A DNA stretch of 64,000 nucleotides from Gnetum montanum. Taxonomy: Eukaryota > Plantae > Gnetophyta. Position numbers and translations under genes: made by a program. A model generated the notes under the pieces. It worked only from the letters and a program-made list of their open reading frames with translations. It was not told the origin of the DNA and made no database searches. The stretch lies in NCBI GenBank assembly GCA_015680685.1, contig MNCI01001040.1, forward strand, positions 468,279 to 532,278, given 5' to 3'. Below are positions 52,642 through 63,363 of the stretch, one piece after another. Position 1 is the first letter of the stretch, and every line of letters begins with the position of its first letter.

Positions 52642-53805
52642 ATGGCCAAGCCCCATCCTGGCCCTGCCAGACAGCCTGCTAAAAATCAGCAGAAAAAACA
52701 GCCGCAACAGAAACAACAACAGCAGCAAAAATCCAAAAATTCCAAGCAACAGCAACAACATCTACAGCAAAAACAACAAAATCAACATCTTCAACAGCAA
52801 CAACAATTTCACACACAGCCAAATCGCAGACAGCAAAATCAGCAAAACATGCAAGGGAATCAACAAACTAAACAAAAACAACAGTTTTTCACTGCTTCTA
52901 GATCTAACCAAAATAATTTTGCTTCAGGTTCTAACTCAGATCCTGGCATTAATTCGATTAATTTTGGTTCTGGTTTTCGTTCGGGTTCTAGTTTTCGTTT
53001 GGGTTCTGTTTTCTTGCAAGACGTAGGTTCTGGTTTTGGTCATGGTGCTCCTGCAGGCCCTAACCTCAGACCCGGCCGTGGCCGCGGTCGCGGCCGCATT
53101 TTTGAGCACGGTGCAGACAGATCTGTTTTTGGTTCAGTTTGACGCGGTAGAAATTTCAGTTGTTTTGAGGGTCGCACGGGGGGCAGATCTGGCGGCAGAG
53201 GTCGCACAACCTTCAGATCTGATAGATCTGAGGATTTCATTCCCGGTTCTACTCCTTGATCAGAGTCTTTTGGTTCAGGGCCTCCTCGACCTCGTTGTTT
53301 CAACCGTCGCCCTCACCCTTCTTTCGCGCCTCGACCGCCCGCACGATCCGATCTCCCTCTAGCTTCGCGCTCTAATCCACGCTCTTTTGTCTTTGGATCT
53401 GGTTTCACTGCAGGTTCCAACTCTGCTTAGCCGCAGCCGCCGCCCTCCCGATCTGCTCAGCCACTGCATTTCGATTCTGTTTCAGGATTAAACCCTAATC
53501 CCGTTTGGCGTGCTGCGTCCGCCGCTAATGGTGCTTCTGTTTCTACGTCTCTTTTCTGTTTTCCCGCCGCTGCTGATGCTGCTTCCGCCGCCGCCGCTAC
53601 TTCCGCCGCCACCGCCGCCGCCGTCACCTTTAGTAGCGGATCTTCCTCCCTTGGTGTGGCTGTTGTCACCTTTAGCAGCAGATCTTCCTCCCTTGGTGTG
53701 GGCTTCAATGGAATGAATGTTTGTAATTTGAATTCTGAGGCTATTTGTCTTGAGGATAGTAATTCTTCTGGGTCTTTAAACCCAGACGGCCCAGCCCTGA
53801 ATTAA
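52642..53805 (+). pseudogene. PLE ORF1, 387 codons, low complexity (Q/N-rich, then RG/FG/S-rich, then poly-Ala)
   Basis: One frame from ATG 52642 to TAA 53803-53805, broken only by TGA 53140, TGA 53257 and TAG 53428, each one C-to-T change from CGA/CAG. TATAAA at 52541. Confidence 0.8.
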
Positions 53806-53816
53806 GGGGCTAGGCC
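53775..53816 (+). promoter_or_regulatory. Putative -1 programmed ribosomal frameshift signal (T TTA AAC, 6-nt spacer, hairpin)
   Basis: Slippery heptamer 53775-53781 is correctly phased in ORF1, and its -1 frame is the RT frame. Stem 53788-53798 / 53806-53816. Confidence 0.8.
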
Positions 53817-55994
53817 CCACATGACCCCCTGTCCCCGCCTTTCAAACACCCTCCCTTCTCTTCTTTGTCCCATTCAAACCTCCATTCCCGTTGTCTTTGG
53901 GTAATCTACTTCAATGTGTGCCCTAAACAACCCCCCGCAAATTCCCCCCTTTGCTCCATTTATGCCACTGCCCGAACCCTCCTCCCTTCAAATTTTTCAC
54001 CTCGTGCCCAGAAACCCTCTCTTCATTCCCGTTTGAATTTTTGGTTACCAGCGCTTGACCAAAAAGCCTACGCTCATTTGCTCTTCGCCAGAAAAACCGT
54101 CCGAGAAGTCGAAAACCGTCTTTCCAACTTCGCGGTACATAATTTTTCTTCTCGCGTTCTTTCAGCAAACGAAACGAAGCTCCTGGGTCATGGTTTAAAA
54201 TTTATCCCCCGCCCCCCTCCCATGGATAAAATAGCTATCCTTAATGAATATACCGCGTTTTCCCACCTTCTGCGTTTGCGTAACTTCTTTAAGGATAATC
54301 CTGATGTTGATTTGCCATCTTCTAAATTTCTTTGTGCTATTCAGATGGCTAAAATTAAAATTCGCCGTTCTAATTGGGATCCCCCTCCCGGCAGCTAGAA
54401 TGGGGAACTTGAACATAGCATTCGCTATGGTCTTAAGTCCCTTCACTCTGCCCTCACCTCCCTCGATGTCCGCCAAAGACCCATGCTTCCAAGATGTCTT
54501 CTTGGAGCCCTTCGTGGACTCCGAAAAGATAACAGCATCGTCATTCGTCCTACTGACAAGAATTTGGGGGTGTGTGTTTTAGACTCCAGTTGGTATCTAA
54601 TGGAAGCCAACGGTCAGCTTGCTGATTCAGAAGTTTGCCTTCAAGTGGATGCCGTCCCATGGGATCCTGTTCGTCTCAGACTGCTTGCCATCATCGACCG
54701 CTTTCCGAAGAAATTGTCTGTTTTTAAGGATGTTTTGTTACAAAACAAGGTTCGCAAACCTTGTAATTTCTACATCCCTAAAATTCATAAACCGGTCATG
54801 GTTGGTCGGCCTATTTGTTCTTATAAAGGCTACATCCTTGAACTTGCTTCTCGCCTGCTCCATTTCTTGCTGTTACCAATCCTTTGCCATCAACCCAATC
54901 ACCTTTTGGATTCCTCTACCTTGATCCGTGACCTCCATGCTAGACCTCTACCTCTTAATGTAATTATTTTTACATTTGATGTAGAATCTCTATATCCTAG
55001 CATTCCCACGGATCAAGGGCTTCAGGTTCTTCAGGACATGGTTGATAAATATTTTGCTGCAAATCCCATCCCTTTGCAGTCGATGTACAGCAATGCCATC
55101 ATGCAACTCTCTGCTTTGGTGCTTCAAGAACACTACCTTGAATTTAACGGGGTAGTGTACAAGCAAACCAGGGGCACTGCCATGGGTAGCAACTTTGCAG
55201 TTGTTTACGCATGTCTTTTTCTGTGTCATTTGGAAAAGCATGTCTTCGTTGCTCCCTGGTCCGATAACCTTTTATATTTTAAAAGGTTTATCAATGATGC
55301 TTTTGGCATTTGGAACGGCTCCGAGGATTCCCTTCGTACCTTGCTTGAAAGGTATAGTAATGTTTATCCTTCCATAAACATTACTCCCACCCTCTCTAAC
55401 TCCACGGTTAATATTTTGGATGTTACTTTTTTCAAAGGTCCTCATTTTGCTGACACTGGTATCTTGTCTACCAAGTGTTATCAAAAACCTTTGAATACTT
55501 ATCAGTACATCCCCTTCTCCTCTTGGAATCCATTCCATCAGAAGAAGGCTTTTATTATTGCGAAGTTGAAACTGTACCTGATTAGGGAATCCTGCCTCGG
55601 CGATCTTCAGCAGATTCGGCAACAACTGTTCTACAGACTTCGGGCTTGTGGCTATCCTTCTCGGCTGTTGTTCAAATGTTTTGGCTTAGTTCCTGCTGCT
55701 TCCTGAGGTTCACTTCTGGAACGACTTCAGCAAAGTCATAGCTTCCATAAGGTTCAGGCCCCTCTCATCTTCAAATTGGATTTTAGTCCATCCACTAAAT
55801 CCTTGAACGTGAGGGCACTCCTAAACCCTTTTCTGAGTCAGCTTCGGCAAAAAGATCCGAAACTCAAGGACGTCATTCCAGACATGATCTCTTGCTGGCG
55901 TAATCCAAAAAAGCTGCATTCTTTTCTTGTTTAGAACAAGTTCAGTGCTCAACCCCCACCCCCACTTCGACCTGAACGAGTGGGGCCGGTTTAA
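53775..55994 (+). pseudogene. PLE reverse transcriptase ORF2 (740 codons, 4 in-frame stops), no GIY-YIG after the thumb/linker
   Basis: Motifs VHNFSSRVLSANETKLLGHGLKFIP, IRPTDKNLGVCVLD, IPKIHKP..GRPI, FTFDVESLYPSIP, YKQTRGTAMGS, RFIND (FIDD with a CpG transition, 55287-55298), YQKPLNTYQYIPFSS and WRNPKKLHSFLV. Stops at 53811, 54396, 55704, 55932; terminal TAA 55992-55994. Confidence 0.92.
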
Positions 55995-56099
55995 TTTTTC
56001 GAAGCTGGAATGTTTCCAAATTTTAAATTCAACTGGTCAAGTTGGGGATCTATAAATTGAGCACTTTGGCTCTTGTGACATTGTACATCTCATCGCAGA

Positions 56100-56145
56100 A
56101 AACATACTGAAGAGGGGTGAGACTCCCCGAAAACGTTTTATGTTT
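56100..56145 (+). ncRNA. Minimal type I hammerhead ribozyme
   Basis: Stem I AAACATA/TATGTTT (56100-56106 / 56139-56145), core CTGAAGA (56107-56113), stem II GGGG/CCCC (56114-56117 / 56125-56128), GAAA (56129-56132), palindromic ACGT, then U-H (56137-56138). Confidence 0.9.
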
Positions 56146-56272
56146 GAAACGTTGATTTGTTCATGTCATCTTAGAGCCTCTTTTCCTTTTTTGTTCCATT
56201 TTGTTTAGCTTTCTATTTCTACTCTCTTTGCTTTCCTCCACCATACTTCCACCTGCCGCACAAGACCACAGC

Positions 56273-56450
56273 AAATTTTTTCAGCTACAACCTTAAAATT
56301 TTTTTAGCTACAACCTTAAAAATTTTTTCAACTACAACCTTAAAATTTTTTTAGCTACAACCTTAAAATTTTTTCAGCTACAACCTTAAAATTTTTTCAG
56401 CTACAACCTTAAAAATTTTTTCAGCTACAACCTAAAAATTTTTTCAGCTA
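56273..56450 (+). repeat. 3'-terminal tandem array, ~7.6 x 23 bp (AAAATTTTTTCAGCTACAACCTT)
   Basis: Seven full units plus one partial unit running into the right 45-bp repeat with a 2-nt TA overlap. Confidence 0.97.
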
Positions 56451-56493
56451 TCTCATCTTCTTTCACATAGGTAGTATCACATTTCTTAGTGGT
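56449..56493 (+). repeat. Right 45-bp direct repeat
   Basis: Identical to 52197-52241. Confidence 0.97.
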
Positions 56494-56871
56494 TGCATGT
56501 TTCCATTTTTGCATCAACAATCCAATACTTCTCATGCTCGCAATTTCCTGTTTTGCTTACTATTATCTTACCTATTAAGATTTTGCATGTTGCGACCTGG
56601 CAGTCCGAAATGACATTAAACTAGCAGTTTGGCATTTTGGAAGCAACAGTTACACAGCTTCGCACTTTACATCAGCAATTTTATACCTTTATCAATTCTA
56701 CATTCTTGTGCCTTGGCAGTTCGCCACGACCTCAAACTAGCAAACTTTCAATCTTTACATTGCCACACTTAGCAAGTTGCATCTCGGCATTGCTTTGTAG
56801 ATTTTCGTTTTACACAATCTCTGACACCCCTTAACCAAAATTTCATCTTATGATGATAGGTCAAGCGAGAG

Positions 56872-59800
56872 ATGGAAATCCATCATGACCTTTCCACGCC
56901 TTTAACATTAGCAGGGCCACAAGGCGAGCTCGTGAGACAGTTGAACCCCGACATGATCGACTGGGAGTCAACTACGACTAGCACTATAGCAACCTTAGAA
57001 ACATCCCTGAATTGGCCCAGGCACCTAGTCCAAGCCCTAGACTTAGAGGCCAGGGATGTAACTGAGAACCCTCTTGTTAAGACACCTGTGACCACGTCAA
57101 AGGGGAAGATGAAAACTTTAAGACTCAACTCCCTCCTAGACACACAAACATATAAAAGCGTAGCTAAAATTCTACAAGACAACATCGATGTCTTCGCATG
57201 GTTATACTACGACATGCCGAGTCTGGATCCATGGCTAATTTAGCACAACATCGTCCTAGACCCACACGTGAAGGCAGTCAAGCAAAAAGCTCACAAAGTT
57301 AAGCCAGAAATTGCACTCGCTGTGAGGGATGAAATCAATAAGCTATACCAAGCAGGTTTTATCCACGTAATTGACTATTCAGAGTGGGTATCCAACACCG
57401 TTGTGGTTTCGAAGAAAATAGGAGGGATACGGATCTACATAGACTTTCAAGACTTGAACAAGGCAACGATCAAAGACAACTTCCCACTCCTGAGCATTGA
57501 TTAGCTCATCGACACCACGGCTGGTCATGCTCTACTATCCTTCATGAATGGTTTCTCCGGATACAACCAAATCCGCATTAACCCAGAGCACCAGCTATCA
57601 ACAACCTTCATGACCCCATGGACGACCTTCTACTATACCATGATGTCGTTTGGGCTCAAGAATGCTAGAGCAACCTACCAGCGAGCCATGACTTAGATTT
57701 TCAGTGACTACATCCTAGAAACATTAAATGACTACATAGATGATATAGCGGTCAAAGCCAAAGAGGCCACTGATCACCCGCACGACCTAGGGGTAGCCCT
57801 CAAATGCTGCCAAGTGCACGATTTACACCTCAATCCTAAGAAGTGCGTCTTCGGGGTAAAAATTGGATGCATGTTAGGATTCGTAGTATCGGCGGCTCAA
57901 CAAAGTCAAGGCCAGCGTCAACCTAGCACCTCCAACAAACCTTAAAGAGTTACATGGTTTACAAGGCAGGGTGCAATTCATTCGAAGGTTTATAGCAAGG
58001 TTGACCGACAAGTTACACCCCATGCAACATCTACTAAAGAAGGGGGTTGACTTCAAATGGACAACCCAATGTCAACAAGCCTTCAATGATTTGAAGAAAG
58101 GACTCGCGCATCTCCCGATAGTGCACCCGCCACAAAGGGACAAACCTTTTTTCATATACCTTGCCACCTTCGACACATCCATAGTGGCACTGTTATGTCA
58201 GAAGCGAGATGATAGTTCTGAGATACCAGTGTACTACCTGAGCCATGCACTAGTAGCATATGAGGAAAAATACAATGAAGTGGAGAGGAATTGCATAGCC
58301 TTAGTGTTCGCACTAAAAAAGTGAGGACATTACCTGTTCCGCAGCATAACCAATATCATTTGCAAAATCAATATACTCCGGGCTATCACCAACAACCCAT
58401 ATGAAAATAGCAAGATAGCCTGATGGAAGGCAATAACTGCAGAATTCAACGTATGCTATGTAAGTCAATTGTCGACAAAGGGTCAAGCCATAGCGACCCA
58501 ACTCACAACCTCGCCAGTCGATGACCAGGCAACCATAGACCCCAAGTTTCCGGATGAATATGTTAGCAATGTCAACATTGTCCTATCGCATCTCGAAGCC
58601 ACTTTACACTTCAACGATGATTCAACCGTGCAAGGAGGTAGCGCCGTGACTATCATCACGTTCCCCTCTGGGGAAATGCACCCATCCACTTATTAATTTA
58701 TGTTCCCTTGTACCAACAACGTGGCCGAGTACGAGGGGCTACTTAGAGGCCTCTTAACTGCCCGAGCATTATGCATACAACACCTGACAATCTGAGGAGA
58801 TTCACAACTAGTCGTGAATCAAATCACCGAGATCTACGCCTGCAAGGCTACACACTTGCAACCCTATTGCGACCTAGTAAAAGTCCTACTTAAGCAATTT
58901 GCGACCACTAATGTGCAACATGTGCCACGCAACGAAAACATCATGGCAGACACCTTGGCTACCCTAGCGTTAAACATTTCATCACATTCCCTGGCAAACC
59001 TGCCAACCTCGATCATAGAATGCGCAGAGCCTATCACTCAGGTGGAACACATGGCATCTGTCAATGCTGCGGATACCTAAGAGTGGTATGCCAACATTAA
59101 AGATTATCTACATCACAGTGAACCCCCAGGTGGATTAACATCGGCCCAGAGAGATGCAATCCGTAAACGTGCTCGGCAATACATGCTCATGGGAAACAAC
59201 ACCCTATGCTGACGATCCTACAATGAGATATTGCTAGCATGCGTGGGTGATGAGCAGGCACAAAAGGTAGTTAATGAGGTTCATGAAAGATTATGCAGTG
59301 GACACATAGCACCTAGGGCCATGGTTGCCAAAATCAGATGTCTAGGATACTATTGGACTTACATGGAGCGTGACTTCCTGTCGAAAGTCAAGACGTGCGA
59401 CACGTGCCAAAGATATGCAAATCTCATACACATAGCACCTACAGACCTACACCCAACGCAAATCACGTGGCCCTTCCAACGATGGGGATTAGACTTCATA
59501 GGGCCCATCATGCCTAAGTCCTCCATAGGGCATAGCTTCATTATCACTGCCACAAAGTATTTTACCAAGTGGGTGGAAGCTATTCCCCTAAGGAAGATGA
59601 CATCTCAGCAAATCTACCACTTCATCCTCGACCACATTGTAATAAGGTTTGGGCTTCCAATGACTATTTTGATCAACAATGGGCCACAGTTCAGTAGTAT
59701 GGAAACTCAAACCTTCTATAGCAATCTAGGCATTAAACAATCATTTTCTTCCCCTTATTATCCACAGGCAAATGGGTAGGCGGAGGCTACAAATAAGTCC

Positions 59801-60325
59801 ATCATCAACTTGCTTAAGCGGATGCTGAACAACGACAAGAGGTGGTGGCACAAGCAAATCCTATACGTCGTCTGGGCCTATAGAACGACTTGCAGAACTG
59901 CAACAAGTAAGACCCCTTATAGTCTCATTTACGAATTTGAAGCTGTATTTTCTCTTGAGTTGCAGGTACCCTCACTTCGGATGATCCTATTCGATGTCAT
60001 GAGCGAAGCCCAGAACAACAAATCATGAACCATCAACCTTGATTCAGTGGAGGAGGAATGTGTGCAAATGTTGAGACGAATCGAGCACTACTAGAGCAAA
60101 CAGTAGCAGAAGCACCGTGCAAACCGGCATCAACGACCAGTGCAGAAAGAAGACCTCATCCTCAAGGCCGTCTGTGAGCACGTGAATAAATTCTCAACCA
60201 ACTAGGAAGGTCCTTATGTGGTCACCAAAGCCTTCGAAAACAGAGCCTTCAAGCTAGTGGACATGAATGGCAACGAGTTCGCAAACCTAGTGAATCACTT
60301 GTATCTCAAGCCGTACTACGTCTGA
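56872..60325 (+). pseudogene. Tat-2 RT - RNase H - additional RNase H - integrase
   Basis: DFQDLNKATIKDNFPL, NDYIDD (~57727-57744), PVYYLSHAL, CTNNVAEYEGL (~58709-58741), WPFQRWGLDFIGP, SPYYPQANG; ends LKPYYV* at 60325. Confidence 0.95.
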
Positions 60326-60334
60326 AGCGCAACA

Positions 60335-60600
60335 GAAACTACAACAGCAACCATCTGCTACGACGGTAAACTGGCAATCGCACCAAGCACCATCTACTAC
60401 GACAATAAACTAGCAACATCGAGCAGTGCCCGCTACTACGTAAAACTGGCAGCAACCGTCTACTATGACGTAAAACTAGCACTGTTAGTCCACTATGACT
60501 ATAAACTGGCGTTGCACATCCACCACGACAAGAAACTGACATGTACGATCTGCTGGGACCTTAAACCAACATGCGGTCTACCAAGACCTTAAACTGGGTT
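60335..60600 (+). repeat. Short diverged tandem repeats in the Tat-2 3' UTR (CTACTACGAC/TAAACTGGCA motifs)
   Basis: Recurrent ~30-bp units directly after the integrase stop. Confidence 0.7.
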
Positions 60601-61661
60601 TGTGCTGCATCCCCAGCATGTACCAGCACTAGAGACACATCGAACGAGTGGGCACGATGCTAATGTGTGGGTGGAACATCATAGCTTTGGAAGGTCATTC
60701 ACGACACACTGAGAACATAGTTTGGGACACACGCGATGTCGTCACCCTTGGCATCATGCTGATCCTTTGAAGACACCGTATGGTATCACACTGGCCCTTC
60801 GAACCTACCGTCGCCACAGCCCATCACCCTGACGATGGTTCTCAGGCTATCTCCTGCATCTGGAGTTCCAGCAGTATTGTGGCCTAGCCACAATATTGTT
60901 GCTCCTGCTCCCTACTAACGCCTAGGCTTGCACAACGTTAGCTATGTGGTAACTGATCCCATAGCTGAACCAGGAATGTAAACCCCTAGTAGGGATTCCA
61001 GAGCATCCGCACCCGCAACAGCGCCCGACGCCTTCGAGGCGAGCTCCTCCATGTCGATACTACCAAGGCCGCTTCTGGCCTTCCTGCTTTGGGCATCTCA
61101 CACCAACGACAGTGCCCAAGAGTAACAAATATGCCAGTAGCTAGCAAGACCTTGTCCTCACAAACACATCTTGCCACAGCAACAAATGCTATAGCATCAC
61201 AAAGCAAGTGCCTCAGCTAGCTTGGCTACTACAGAGTGTAAACTCCCGTGGCATGCGTAACACAGCTCGTCACCTAAGGAACACAGTGCTAGTTCCATGG
61301 TGCGCGTAACACAACTCGCTACATGGAACACACTGGTAGGTAGGTCAAAATTCTTCATGGATGTAATGCAACTCATCCTGTGGAGGGAGTACCTGTCCTA
61401 CGAGAGGTTGAAGAACAGTGCCAGCCAAAGATGAAAACATGAAGGAGTTCCTCAGAGCATTCCGATGAGGAAGTATGCTAAACATCATCTTTGCTCTCTG
61501 CCTTAACCTCTGCAAAACCAATGCAACACTCTCAAGTGTGGCTAAGTGACGTCTCGACACTCACCAAGCGACAGCCTCAGCATCTCACCTACTATGGTGT
61601 TTTGTATTCTTTACCGACGTCTATGGAGCCTGTTCTCTAGACCTCGACAAAGAGGGGCTAA

Positions 61662-63363
61662 TGAAACACCTCAAAAAATGCAAGGTCATTCTAGCTTCAC
61701 CAAGCCTTGCAACATGTGCAAGCACTATGGTAGTTCATCAGGAGGAGAACGCTATGAGTCCGGGTCAGCCAGTTCGATAAATTTTCTACTTTAGGTGTAA
61801 ACAGGCTCTACGGCTCATCTTGCCTATCCACCTAAGTAGCCCGCCTGATCGACAGCCTACTCAGAAATGGTGCAAAGTTGACAGCAACATTCTAGGTGCA
61901 CCAAGAATAGTTCGACAAGTTTTCTAAGTCACAAAGTCTACTATGCTATGCTACACCTCGCCATGTAGCGTAGTAAGATTCGAAAGACAGTTGCAGAACG
62001 AAGTGCCATGCTACGCTACACCACATAACGTAACGTAGCATGGCAATAGCTTCACCAATAGTTCCTCATGCTCAATTTCAAATCCTTCACCAATGTTCCT
62101 TTCCATCAGGAAGTGGTGGACCATGTCTGCTACTATGCTACACCGAGCTACAAGGCGCAACGAGGTGTAGCAATCCCTTGGAAAAGATAAAAGGTGGCTT
62201 GAAGGGCAGAAACAGCAAAGTTTACGAGACATGCATCACAGGAAACAAAGTTGATAAAATCAGCGAAGCTTTCACGACTAAGGTCGGTTGCTACACTACA
62301 CTACTCTATGTAGCGTAGCAAGCATGTATCACACATATAGCAAAACGAACGACAAGATGCTACGCCAAGCATGCTACGCTACAAAGAACAGCAAGGCATG
62401 TGGGTGGTTGTGCGACATCAATGCACTTCACCTAATTGGACCATTGGTACACGTCTTTAGATGCTGACGGCATAATTACAGCGTGGCAGGTTTACAATTA
62501 TAGCATAGTAGGTTTGCATGACAACAGTCTTGCAAGTCCAACTGTCATATCCGGCATGTGTGGCACCAGCAGATCAACATGTGCCCTTTGGCCATATAAA
62601 TACCCCGAGAAACAGCATTCAAGGAGTTGGAAAATTTTGAACGAAATGGCTTCAAAGGGTTTGGAATTTTTTGGAAAATAGCATTCAAAATAGGTCCAAT
62701 CCCCGGTTTGGTTGGCACTCTTTCACTAAGTCTCCTACTCTTTTCTCTAACACTCAAGCTCTCTCCTCGACACGTTGCAACAATATTGTAAGCTGTTTGT
62801 TTGACATTGTAAATAGTTAGCGTGTTTAGCTGACATTTTATTCTATACCCTTTCTACCACCTTGGTAGAATCTTTGTATTGTCAGTGCCTAAGGCTGCCC
62901 CCAAGCGCACCACCTGTTCTATTCTCTATACGCCCTGATTACTCTCAAGATCTCTGCACTTCATCACGCTATGCAACCAACTGTATCCATCTTGACAAAG
63001 CAAGTCTGTAGCTTTGGAGCGGTGCATGTTTCTAACTACACTTTACTTTATTTCTTGCATGTTGTCTCGTTTGCATTATTTTTTCTATTTTATTCACTTT
63101 CAAGCATTACTTCGCATTTGTTGTCGCATTTTCTGCTTTATTTACTTTCAAGCATTATTTTGCATTTCCATTCCGTCTCAAAAGTACACGTTGCAAAAGG
63201 CTATATAGATGCCAACGTAAGTCCTTGTCTGATCGACCAGATTGTTCAAGGTGCCTCATATCTGCACATACCCAACATGGCCCTCCCAAGGGTACGGGGT
63301 CGAAACTGTCGCACCCGCTGACCCCTTGGTGTTTTCCAGCCACCGACGTTTTCAGTCACTACA
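61662..63363 (+). repeat. Tat-2 3' LTR (~1.7 kb) with TATAAATA at 62595-62602
   Basis: TG after the PPT; colinear with 40992-41932; ends ...GTCACTACA, after which the Ath-B sequence resumes. Confidence 0.9.

Larger units (their letters stand above)
52197..56493 (+). mobile_element. Penelope-like retroelement, apparently endonuclease-deficient, two ORFs
   Basis: PLE-type RT motifs, a hammerhead ribozyme, 3' tandem repeats, and identical 45-bp direct repeats at both ends. Confidence 0.93.
40992..63363 (+). mobile_element. Large Tat/Ogre-type Ty3/gypsy element (Tat-2), ~22.4 kb including cargo
   Basis: 5' LTR 40992-41932 (5'-truncated, ~750-bp internal deletion) and 3' LTR 61662-63363; tRNA-Arg-type PBS; PPT AAAGAGGGG at 61649-61657; gag-protease separated from RT-RH-aRH-INT by ~10 kb. 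Confidence 0.93.

Noticed and set aside
53489-53498. Telomere-like TAAACCCTAA within PLE ORF1
   Set aside because: A single occurrence inside a coding frame; expected by chance or as a telo-box.
53898-54130. Possible N-terminal GIY-YIG endonuclease (WVIYFNVCPK...SIYATARTL...REVEN), as in Naiad/Chlamys PLEs
   Set aside because: No YIG/YVG glycine and atypical spacing; the Cys codons could be CpG-decayed Arg codons. Not supportable by eye. HHpred on a family consensus should settle it; a hit would overturn the endonuclease-deficient call.
56273-56450. CRISPR-like appearance of the 23-bp array (also 5380-6070)
   Set aside because: The 23-bp units are head-to-tail without spacers, the LTR units are degenerate, the context is eukaryotic and there are no cas genes.
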